Source: a virus
DNA: 60,779 nucleotides
Direction: 5' to 3' (one strand)
Virus genome (UHGV): UHGV-0247086
In this document: in pieces, positions 26,824 through 35,225 of the stretch
Position numbering within the stretch: the first letter of the stretch is position 1
How the letters are laid out: every line of letters begins with the position of its first letter
Notes under the pieces: model-generated
Told to the model about the DNA's origin: nothing
The model's database searches: none
The model's input: the letters and a program-made list of their open reading frames with translations, nothing else
Program-made: the position numbers and the translations under genes

Positions 26824-28745
26824 GTGTGCGCCGGGAGACCGGTAGAGATCAAGGGGTGAAAGTCCCCGACCATTGAAGGACCAGCAATCCACAAGGTCCC
26901 CGAGTCATGCGTTGCATACCGCGAGGTATGGGGCGAAGCGTTGACAGGGGTGTTGACAGGCCAGCCATTGAGCCACGAAATGTATATTAAATTACCGGGT
27001 GCCGACGTTGTACTGTTAACGGAAGGCAACATCATAGGGTGCGATACTGCGAGTGCCACATGGACCCGGCGGGGTCTGAGACCCTGGCATGTCAATACGA
27101 TCTCTACGCGGGAACCGGGAGATCTCCCCTCTGACCATCTGCCAGTGTCGGGGATGGCCCGCACCGGGAAGACGAGGAGTCATAGCCGGTGATGTACGGA
27201 GAGGAGAAGTCGGACTCGCTCATAGTAGCGGCGAAGCAGGCGAACAACCCGAAAGGAGCGGAGTCAGTGGAGCGAAGGAGCGGGGCCAAGGGGAACGCGG
27301 AACAGCCACACATGCGCCGGACACAGAGCCGGGAAAGCATGTCACAGAGGCTGTCACGCGTGCGGGAAGCTGCGAAGCAGCGGAAGAAAGAACGGTTTAC
27401 AGCATTGTTCCACCTGCTGACAGTCGAAGCACTGGAAGCCGCATTCCTCTCCCTGAGCAGGAAAGCGGCCGCCGGAGTGGATGGCATCAGGTGGATGGAC
27501 TACGCCGGAAACATGAAGAACAACATAACAGATCTGCACCGGAGGCTACATCAGGGCAGCTACAGGGCGCAGCCCGGCAGGCGTCACTACATCCCAAAAG
27601 CGGATGGAAAACAACGCCCGCTCGGCATCGCCTCGCTGGAGGACAAGATCGTCCAGTATGCGCTGGTGAAAATCCTGAACGCAGTCTATGAAAACGACTT
27701 TATGGGGTTCTCATACGGGTTCAGACCCGGGCGAAGCCAGCACGATGCACTGGACGCACTGGCCACAGGGCTGGTACGCACTAACGTAAACTGGGTACTG
27801 GATGCCGACATCAGTCAGTTCTTTGACAGGGTGAGCCATGAATGGCTGATCAGGTTCACAGAGCATCGGATCGGCGACCGGAGGGTAATCAGGCTCATAC
27901 GTAAGTGGCTCACAGCCGGGACGTCGGAGGAGGGTCAATGGCGAGCAACGGAGGAAGGCACCCCACAGGGTGCGGTCATCTCACCGCTGCTGGCAAACAT
28001 ATACCTCCACTACGTCTTCGATCTGTGGGCGCATCAGTGGCGACGTCGCTATGCCACAGGCAATGTGGTAATGGTCAGATACGCCGATGACATCGTCATC
28101 GGGTTCGACAAACGATACGATGCCCGGCGCTTCCGTATAGCCATGCAGCGCAGACTGAGGGAGTTCGGACTCACGGTTCACCCGGAGAAAACCCGTCTGA
28201 TGGAGTTCGGCCGCTTCGCTGCCGAAAACCGTGCCATCAGGGGAAAAGGCAAACCAGAAACGTTCAACTTCCTCGGGTTCACGCACATCAGCGGGAAAGA
28301 TCGCAACGGCAGGTTCATGCTGATACGAAAGACCCGCCGGGATCGGATGACGGCAACTCTGAAAGCCATCAAAGACGGTCTGCGAAGGCGCTGGCATTAC
28401 TCAATCCCCGAACAGGGAAAATGGCTCAGGAGAGTGGTTCAGGGATACCTGAACTATCACTCGGTACCGGGCAACTTCCCCACCATGCAGAAGTTCAGGA
28501 CACACGTAACAAACCTCTGGCGCCGGGCGCTCAGGCGCAGGAGCCAGAAGGATGATACGACCTGGACGAAAGCAAACAAACTGGCAGCCGCATGGCTACC
28601 AGGGGTTCGGGTTCTTCATCCATGGCCTGTGGAGCGGTTCACCGCCAGACACCCGAGGCAGGAGCCCGGTGCGTAAATCGCGCACGCCGGGATCTGTGCG
28701 GGGGGTATCCGGTAACGGGTATCCCTACCGCGACATTAATCTGAG
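26824..28745 (+). mobile_element. bacterial group II intron (5' end GUGUG/GUGCG at 26824-26830; 3' end uncertain), sense to umuDC
   Basis: GTGYG 5' end, intron-encoded RT/maturase ORF, and a 34-nt DV-like hairpin (14 bp, 2-nt bulge, GUAA loop) at 28698-28731 just after the ORF. Confidence 0.7.
27189..28676 (+). CDS. group II intron-encoded reverse transcriptase/maturase (no endonuclease domain evident)
   Basis: RT motifs ([29 protein letters not shown]) including YADD, followed by a maturase X-like region. The true start is probably internal. Confidence 0.85.
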   Translation: MMYGEEKSDSLIVAAKQANNPKGAESVERRSGAKGNAEQPHMRRTQSRESMSQRLSRVREAAKQRKKERFTALFHLLTVEALEAAFLSLSRKAAAGVDGIRWMDYAGNMKNNITDLHRRLHQGSYRAQPGRRHYIPKADGKQRPLGIASLEDKIVQYALVKILNAVYENDFMGFSYGFRPGRSQHDALDALATGLVRTNVNWVLDADISQFFDRVSHEWLIRFTEHRIGDRRVIRLIRKWLTAGTSEEGQWRATEEGTPQGAVISPLLANIYLHYVFDLWAHQWRRRYATGNVVMVRYADDIVIGFDKRYDARRFRIAMQRRLREFGLTVHPEKTRLMEFGRFAAENRAIRGKGKPETFNFLGFTHISGKDRNGRFMLIRKTRRDRMTATLKAIKDGLRRRWHYSIPEQGKWLRRVVQGYLNYHSVPGNFPTMQKFRTHVTNLWRRALRRRSQKDDTTWTKANKLAAAWLPGVRVLHPWPVERFTARHPRQEPGA

Positions 28746-28756
28746 CGAGTCAATTA

Positions 28757-29175
28757 TGCAGTTTTACACGCCCGTTGAGTTACGTGAGATCATGCTGATC
28801 CCGTTGTACAGTGACCTTGTGCAATGTGGTTTTCCAAGCCCTGCACAGGATTATGTTGAGCAACGTATCGATCTGAACGAGTTGCTCATTAACCACCCCA
28901 GTGCGACGTATTTTGTCAAAGCCGCCGGCGACAGCATGAAAGACGCCGGCATAGGGGAAGGGGATCTTCTGGTTGTGGATAGCTCAAGGACAGCAGTTCA
29001 TGGCGATATCGTTATTGCTGCTGTGGATGGGGAATTTACCGTTAAGAAGCTGCAGCTGCATCCGCGGGTTCAGCTTAACCCAATGAACCCTGCATATTCG
29101 CCGATAGTCGTGGGTAGCGAGGATACTCTCGATGTGTTCGGGGTCGTAACTTACATCATCAAATCGGCTGGCTGA
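28757..29175 (+). CDS. umuD: translesion DNA polymerase V accessory subunit UmuD (LexA-like S24 peptidase)
   Basis: Collinear with UmuD by recall: N-terminal [23 protein letters not shown], and the catalytic Ser (GDSM) and Lys (VKKL). Confidence 0.9.
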
Positions 29176-29176
29176 G

Positions 29177-30442
29177 ATGTTTGCACTTTGCGATGTGAAC
29201 TCATTTTATGCATCGTGCGAGACCGTATTTCGTCCTGACCTGAAAGGGCGTCCGGTGGTCGTCCTGTCAAACAACGACGGCTGCGAGATCGCCCGTTCAC
29301 AAGAGGCAAAGCCCTTTGTCAAAATGGGCGAGCCTTATTTCAAGCAAAAGGACATGTTTCGCCGGCACGGTATTATCGCGTTTAGCAGCAACTATGAGCT
29401 TTATGCCGATATGTCCAACCGAGTGATGACAACGCTGGAGGAACTCTCTCCACGCTGCGAAATTTACAGTATTGATGAGGCATTTTGCGATCTTACAGGT
29501 GTGCGTAACTGTCGCGATCTTACCGACTTTGGCAGAGAAATTCGCGAGACAGTTCTGCGTAGGACGCACCTCACGGTCGGCGTCGGCATAGCCCAGACTA
29601 AAACCCTGGCGAAGCTGGCCAATCATGCTGCGAAACAGTGGCAGCTACAGACCGGAGGAGTGGTGGATCTGTCTAATCTTGAAAGGCAGAGGAAGTTGAT
29701 GGCTTTGCTGCCGGTGGATGAGGTCTGGGGCGTCGGGCGCCGCATCAGTAAAAAACTTGAGGCCATGGGGATTAAAACTGTGCTGCAGTTGGCGGATACC
29801 GATATCCGTTTTATCCGGAAGCATTTCAACGTCGTGTTGGAAAGAACTGTGCGGGAGCTGCGCGGCGAACCATGCCTTGGCCTTGAGGAGTTCGCGCCGG
29901 TAAAGCAGGAAATCGTGTGCAGCCGTTCGTTCGGCGGCCGTATCACTGAATACCATGAGATGAGGCAGGCGATATGCAGCTACGCCTCACGTGCCGCGGA
30001 GAAACTCCGTGGTGAGCACCAGTATTGCGGATTTATCTCCGCATTTGTCAAAACCAGCCCCTTTGCGCTGAACGAGCCGTACTATGGGAACAGCGCATCG
30101 GTAAAGCTGTTAACCCCAACGCAAGACAGCAGGGACATAATCACCGCAGCGACCAAATGCCTCGATGTAATCTGGCGAGAGGGGCATCGCTATCAGAAAG
30201 CAGGCGTTATGCTGGGGGATTTCTACAGTCAGGGCGTGGCCCAGCTCAACCTCTTCGACGACAACGCACCACGGAAGAATAGCGAGAAACTGATGGAAGT
30301 TCTCGACCATCTCAATGCGAAAGGCGGAAGAGGAACTCTGTATTTTGCAGGGCAGGGGATCCAGACTGCCTGGCAGATGAAGCGGGAAATGCTTTCGCCT
30401 CGGTACACCACGAGATACAGTGACTTGATACATGTGAGATGA
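29177..30442 (+). CDS. umuC: translesion DNA polymerase V catalytic subunit UmuC (Y-family polymerase)
   Basis: MFALCDVNSFYASCE Y-family N-terminus, 421 aa, immediately downstream of umuD. Confidence 0.9.
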   Translation: MFALCDVNSFYASCETVFRPDLKGRPVVVLSNNDGCEIARSQEAKPFVKMGEPYFKQKDMFRRHGIIAFSSNYELYADMSNRVMTTLEELSPRCEIYSIDEAFCDLTGVRNCRDLTDFGREIRETVLRRTHLTVGVGIAQTKTLAKLANHAAKQWQLQTGGVVDLSNLERQRKLMALLPVDEVWGVGRRISKKLEAMGIKTVLQLADTDIRFIRKHFNVVLERTVRELRGEPCLGLEEFAPVKQEIVCSRSFGGRITEYHEMRQAICSYASRAAEKLRGEHQYCGFISAFVKTSPFALNEPYYGNSASVKLLTPTQDSRDIITAATKCLDVIWREGHRYQKAGVMLGDFYSQGVAQLNLFDDNAPRKNSEKLMEVLDHLNAKGGRGTLYFAGQGIQTAWQMKREMLSPRYTTRYSDLIHVR

Positions 30443-30544
30443 TAAGTTAAATGACGGGAATGAGTTATGAGCAAGGTGTGGACATGGATACACTAGTACT
30501 CAGGGCATGATATAAAACTGTGAGTTCTATAAATTAAATAACAT

Positions 30545-31282
30545 GTGGCTAGGAAAATGGGGCTAAAAATATATAATCACACAATCTTGGTAGTTTCAAT
30601 AATATTTTTGCTGTTTTGTTGTTTAATTATTTCTTATGCGGTGGGTTTTAGCAGTATTTTATATGAGATGAAAAATTTTCCTGATTGGTTAAGTTCTATC
30701 AGCACATTTGGAACTCTAGTTGTAGCATACTCAGCATATAAAAAAGCGCCAGAATGGATAAGTCAGAGAATGCATGAAGATGCATTTTCTTTAGCTAAAA
30801 AAATAATCCTTGATGATTATCCATCACTTAAAGAAAAAATAGATAATGCTGGAAATCAAGTGAGTTATAATGTTATATATTTTGATTTGCTTGATGATGA
30901 TTGTGTTGTATCTATTTCCGTAGACGATTGTGACAAGGCGTTGTCTGTTTTCTATGATGTACAAAATTCACCGACGACAATAAAAAGCAATTTGGAGAAT
31001 CTCTCTAAACTTGGATGGAATGTTGACCGGGATATTTTAATTATCAACGATGAAATTAATGCGTGTTATAGAGAAATGCAACATGCTTATCTTATGGCAT
31101 TTGCCGGAATAAAGCGAATGATATCAACTAAAAATATTAATGAGAAGCGTCGTTGCGCTACTCGAATAAGTGGATTTTTTGAACAATTTGAGGGTAATAA
31201 AAATAAATTTGATCTGCTTTACGAAAGGGTAAGATTAAAGCACAGACGGGTTCCGGATTATTTTGATGTCGAGAAAAAATAA
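30545..31282 (+). CDS. hypothetical membrane protein (two N-terminal TM helices plus cytoplasmic domain), AT-rich orphan
   Basis: 245 aa with about 30% GC in a ~55% GC genome. Flanked by a perfect 11-bp hairpin terminator at 31291-31316. Confidence 0.6.
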   Translation: MARKMGLKIYNHTILVVSIIFLLFCCLIISYAVGFSSILYEMKNFPDWLSSISTFGTLVVAYSAYKKAPEWISQRMHEDAFSLAKKIILDDYPSLKEKIDNAGNQVSYNVIYFDLLDDDCVVSISVDDCDKALSVFYDVQNSPTTIKSNLENLSKLGWNVDRDILIINDEINACYREMQHAYLMAFAGIKRMISTKNINEKRRCATRISGFFEQFEGNKNKFDLLYERVRLKHRRVPDYFDVEKK

Positions 31283-31349
31283 ATATAAATTATTATGCAG
31301 TTTATCAACTGCATAATGGTGTAGGATGTAGTTAAAAAACGGTAGGGGG

Positions 31350-32021
31350 CTATATTAATTTCTCTATTAATTCCGCCCCCTGATTTTTCACATTACCCAC
31401 GGCGCGCGTCACGGCGTGCCAGATAAACTTGTCGGCTGGCACTGCTCCGTCGGCTGCTATCTCTTCGGCTTCCTTCCCGCCTATATCCTGCCTTATCCAT
31501 TCCCGCGCGGCTGCGGGCGCCAAGACCAGCGGCCGGCGGTCATGAATATCTACGAGCCCTTGATCTGCTGCCGCGGTCACTATCAAAAACCCTTCGGCTT
31601 CGTCGCCGCGCTCAAAAGGCACGCTACCGATCGCCGCCATGAAGATTGGCTGGCCGTCGGCGCGATGAATAAAGTAAGGCTGCTTCTTGTCTCCTTCGCG
31701 CTTCCATTCAAACCAGCCATCAGCAAAACATATCGCACGACCGTGCTGCCACAGAGGTTTAAACATTCTGCTGTTGGCTGCGGTCTCAACCCTGGCATTA
31801 ATCAACGGTGGTTTATCCCACCACCCGGGTGCGTAACCACAGTGAACCGGATCGAGGTGCAGCTGTTCGTCTAGTTCGCTCAGGAGCAAAACTTTAGTCC
31901 CCGGCGCCACGTTGTAACGCCCAATCGGCTCAGGGTCGTATGCGATGTCGCGCTCGGCTTCATCCGCTAGGTATGCCAGATATTCTTCACGGGTTTGGGA
32001 TTGAGCAAATCGTCCGCACAT
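31350..32021 (-). CDS. SOS-response associated peptidase (SRAP/YedK family, abasic-site binding)
   Basis: Starts MCGRFAQ (catalytic Cys2). 223 aa with typical SRAP motifs. Confidence 0.85.
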   Translation of the reverse strand: MCGRFAQSQTREEYLAYLADEAERDIAYDPEPIGRYNVAPGTKVLLLSELDEQLHLDPVHCGYAPGWWDKPPLINARVETAANSRMFKPLWQHGRAICFADGWFEWKREGDKKQPYFIHRADGQPIFMAAIGSVPFERGDEAEGFLIVTAAADQGLVDIHDRRPLVLAPAAAREWIRQDIGGKEAEEIAADGAVPADKFIWHAVTRAVGNVKNQGAELIEKLI

Positions 32022-32334
32022 GGTTACCTCCAGTTTTCAGAATGAAAGTATAGAAGGTGTGGAGGAAACGTAGGAGGGGAACTCCGACAGCCATCTAACT
32101 GATGACTGTCGGAGATGACGTCAAAAACAATGTGTACAAAATTGTGTATTAAAATCAGGAAAATTGCACAATTTTAAAGTTTAACTCATTGTTTTTAGTT
32201 GACAAAAGTAATTATTTTGTAGGTGCTATCGTAGGGCATATGAATCCGTTTTAAGTTTGTTAGTCATGCTTTAAGTCTTTTCAAAAATCCCGCTAATTCC
32301 AACACCTTGCCAGCATTGAGTGCTTTAATTTTGT

Positions 32335-33603
32335 GTGTTCTGCATTGATTTGAAGGTTATCAATTTAACCAAAATGTGTACACTGATGTGTATATCATCT
32401 TCCGGAGTGTACACATTGCTTACCGACACAAAATTAAGAAAAGCTCTTGGCAAAAAGAGAGACCAGATCGAGGTCATATCGGACGCCCATGGTCTGAATG
32501 TCCGGTTGTCTACTTCCGGCAGTATAACATTCTTTTACCGCTACAGATGGAACGGGAAAGCCGCTCAGCTAACGATTGGCGATTATCCCACCACCTCCTT
32601 ATCTCAAGCTCGCGAACGTAGACAGCAGTTCAGGGCCTGGTTGACAGAAGGACTCGATCCGAGACGGCAAACAGTTCTGGAGAAACAGAAAAAAGTCGAA
32701 GCGCTCACCGTTAAAGAGGCTTTCGATTACTGGGAAAAGTATTACTGCATCCCCGAAGGTCTTGTGAAAATCAAGGTTAACCGACGGGACTTCAATAACC
32801 ATATAGCGCCTGTGCTGGGGAACATGATTGTTGATCAGACCACTAAAGCGCACTGGCTTAACCTTTTTGATGGCATGGGGCGAAGAGTTGTCACTGGTCA
32901 GATGCTTGGGCTGATGCAGCGTACGTTCCGTTTTTGCTCCAATCGAGGGGTAATTAATGTGAACCCAATTGAGAGCCTTAGGCGCTCTGACGTAGGTCTC
33001 ACAGCATCCGTCAAAGATCGCAGATTGAGTGATGAGGAAATCAAAACAGTTTGGAATATCCTTCCTGAATTGAAGTACAGACAACAGCTGATAATGAAGT
33101 TTCTCATCATGACTGGCTGCCGGAGTACGGAGATCAGGACGGCAAGATGGGAGTGGTTCGATTTTCATGAGCAAACGTGGACCATTCCGGCAAGCGATTA
33201 TAAAACCGGGAAATCGGTCAGAAGGGCACTTCCCGAGGCAGTAGTAAGAATGATGTTAGCAGAGAAGGAAACGTCAGTTTCAAAACACGTTGTGACACTG
33301 TCACGCTACAGAGGGCCAGAAGATGACAGACCGCCACTACAACCAAACGTCGCTCTGTTTTCTGCTCAGATTATAGCTAAAACAGGCATGAAGCCCTGGT
33401 CTCTCCATGACCTCAGGCGAACAGTGGCGACACGCCTTTCTGAATTAGGTGCGCCGCCACATGTTGTGGAAAAACTGCTTGGCCATCATATGGCAGGTGT
33501 CATGGCACGTTATAACCTGCATGATTATCTGGATGATCAGCGTCACTGGCTTGCTGTTTGGCAGGATCACCTTGAGAAGCTGGTTGGTCAGCCTCTGGTT
33601 TGA
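32335..33603 (+). CDS. tyrosine integrase (P4-like); true start probably near 32416-32420 (LTDTKLRKA N-terminus)
   Basis: C-terminal HDLRRTVATRL and HxxAGVMARYNLHDY catalytic motifs. The N-terminal arm-binding region resembles P4-type integrases. Confidence 0.85.
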   Translation: MFCIDLKVINLTKMCTLMCISSSGVYTLLTDTKLRKALGKKRDQIEVISDAHGLNVRLSTSGSITFFYRYRWNGKAAQLTIGDYPTTSLSQARERRQQFRAWLTEGLDPRRQTVLEKQKKVEALTVKEAFDYWEKYYCIPEGLVKIKVNRRDFNNHIAPVLGNMIVDQTTKAHWLNLFDGMGRRVVTGQMLGLMQRTFRFCSNRGVINVNPIESLRRSDVGLTASVKDRRLSDEEIKTVWNILPELKYRQQLIMKFLIMTGCRSTEIRTARWEWFDFHEQTWTIPASDYKTGKSVRRALPEAVVRMMLAEKETSVSKHVVTLSRYRGPEDDRPPLQPNVALFSAQIIAKTGMKPWSLHDLRRTVATRLSELGAPPHVVEKLLGHHMAGVMARYNLHDYLDDQRHWLAVWQDHLEKLVGQPLV

Positions 33604-33814
33604 TCCCCACGTTATCTTCCCAGGCCAACAAGTCTGAAAGTCTCCACCTTTTAGGGCTGCCATTTATTTTAGGCTGCGGGAATGGCTGAGCAAAGTAAGA
33701 GGGCATCCGGGATGGGGTGCTCCAGAAATAAAGTGTGCTGCGCGATATTTTGTATCTGGACAGAACGTCATCGGTTATCAAAATTTCATCTGATTTATGA
33801 GATGTATTAGTCAT
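33500..33814 (-). CDS. AlpA-family excisionase / transcriptional regulator
   Basis: YKISRSTLYFW...KRWRLSDLLAW HTH, typical of AlpA/Xis. Its 3' end overlaps the integrase stop, so the true extent is uncertain. Confidence 0.55.
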   Translation of the reverse strand: MTNTSHKSDEILITDDVLSRYKISRSTLYFWSTPSRMPSYFAQPFPQPKINGSPKRWRLSDLLAWEDNVGIKPEADQPASQGDPAKQQASDADHPDNHAGYNVP

Positions 33815-33823
33815 AAAAACCCC

Positions 33824-34069
33824 TTAGTTACATTGTCCAGGCAGATGGTGTAGCCGGCGCGCGCAGCTCATGGCTGTGGCCACATAGCTACTTTTTCTGT
33901 TAACAACTTCTACAGTGATCTTTGAGCCTTGAACCACCACCGTATAAGTTCTCTTTGTTTTTTGTCGCCCGTAGGCTCCATAAAGCTCAACGTGTTTTGC
34001 CAGTGCCGCATCGCACGCTTGGCGGCCCAGAGGGGAGTGTCTGCTTCGGTTAATCAATCGCATATACAT
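33824..34069 (-). CDS. hypothetical protein
   Basis: 81 aa with RBS AAGGA 5 nt upstream. Co-oriented with recT. Confidence 0.4.
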   Translation of the reverse strand: MYMRLINRSRHSPLGRQACDAALAKHVELYGAYGRQKTKRTYTVVVQGSKITVEVVNRKSSYVATAMSCARRLHHLPGQCN

Positions 34070-34103
34070 TCCTTTATCGGGAGAGTTTCCCCTCCCAATC
34101 TGG

Positions 34104-35213
34104 TTAACCCACGTATTCCGGTTTCATGTCGTCCAGGGCGATGCGGAACTGGTCATACAGTTCATCACCGAGGTGGCGTTTAGCGCCGTTGAGAATGCCT
34201 TCAGCTTTAGCGAACAGTTCGACGGCTTCCGGTTCTCCGGGATTAGGTAGAGAGTTGATCGCGGCCTCAACTTTGTTTCGGGCGTCTACCATGAAATAAC
34301 GCTGCACGGCTTTACCTTTCAGTTCGGTGAAAAGAACAGTGCCCAACACAGCTTTCTCTTTATCCAGATCCGCCCTGATGGCTTTTGCTGCATCGACCGA
34401 TTCGGCGCGCTCAATGCGGTCACGGAAATCATCTGCCAGGGAATCAATATTGAGAGCTGAATCCTGCGCGCTGGTGGTGATGTCTGTTCCGCTGGTGATC
34501 TCTGCGACAGACATTCTTTGCGCCGGCGCCGGGTTTATTTCTCGCTCGGTCCTTTGTTCAACTTCATCCGGGCTGTAAACACCCAGGATGACTTCCGGGC
34601 AATACAGCCGTGCCCAGTATTTGACGCCCAGATAAGCGATCTGCTGTTTCGGGTTAGAAACCCACAAAGGAGAATTACGTGTGACGACTCCAGAGAGATA
34701 AAGTGGCTCCCCCCAGGTGATTTCTGATTCACCGCGCAGAATCGCGCCGACCTGGACGAATAACCCGATTTCGTCTTCATCAGTCCAGCCGCGCACCCGT
34801 TCTGTAACGCTGTATTTCCCATTTTTACCGTGTTTTTCCCTGGTAATTTCCTGCGTCCTTGTGCAACGTTCCCAGTCGCCGCCGTAGCGATAATGAAATC
34901 GACCGTTAATAGCGCTGGAACTGGCGATTACCGCGTTGACGAGCTGGGCTTCATATCCGAGCACGCCGTTTACCAGATGCGTTTTTTGCGCGACTGCATA
35001 GGGATTCATGCCCCACTGCATAGCCTGCATAACGATGGCCATGCAATCGGCTGGCTTACCTGCAAGGTGAGCTGGCACTGTCACTTGTGAATCAGCCATA
35101 AGGTTTGCGAAAGCAGTTAACTGACCGAGAGCCTGAACGTTAAAGATCGCGTTGCTAGCTGAAATGGTGTTTGGTGCCTGCTGTTCGGCTGTAACAATGT
35201 TAGTGTTTTCCAT
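34104..35213 (-). CDS. recT: phage single-strand annealing protein (RecT/Red-beta family)
   Basis: QWGMNPYAVAQKTHLV parallels Red-beta QYGLNPWTKEIYAF. 369 aa. It pairs with the downstream exonuclease gene. Confidence 0.75.
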   Translation of the reverse strand: MENTNIVTAEQQAPNTISASNAIFNVQALGQLTAFANLMADSQVTVPAHLAGKPADCMAIVMQAMQWGMNPYAVAQKTHLVNGVLGYEAQLVNAVIASSSAINGRFHYRYGGDWERCTRTQEITREKHGKNGKYSVTERVRGWTDEDEIGLFVQVGAILRGESEITWGEPLYLSGVVTRNSPLWVSNPKQQIAYLGVKYWARLYCPEVILGVYSPDEVEQRTEREINPAPAQRMSVAEITSGTDITTSAQDSALNIDSLADDFRDRIERAESVDAAKAIRADLDKEKAVLGTVLFTELKGKAVQRYFMVDARNKVEAAINSLPNPGEPEAVELFAKAEGILNGAKRHLGDELYDQFRIALDDMKPEYVG

Positions 35214-35225
35214 GACTGTTCCCCC

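Noticed and set aside
26824-26830. Alternative reading of GTGCG at 26826 as just the tail of the LexA box with no intron
   Set aside because: A full-length RT/maturase ORF with YADD and a DV-like hairpin follows in the correct order and orientation. The intron call stands, but exact ends remain uncertain.
27089-27691. 200-aa ORF upstream of and overlapping the intron RT ORF
   Set aside because: Lies within group II intron ribozyme domains I-IV. The Arg/Gly-rich translation is typical of structured RNA regions.
28640-28700. Second DV-like candidate (GAGCCCGGUGCG...GCACGCCGGGAUC) overlapping the RT ORF 3' end
   Set aside because: Pairing requires several mismatches and a non-GNRA loop. The cleaner 34-nt hairpin at 28698-28731 is preferred, but neither can be confirmed without a covariance model.
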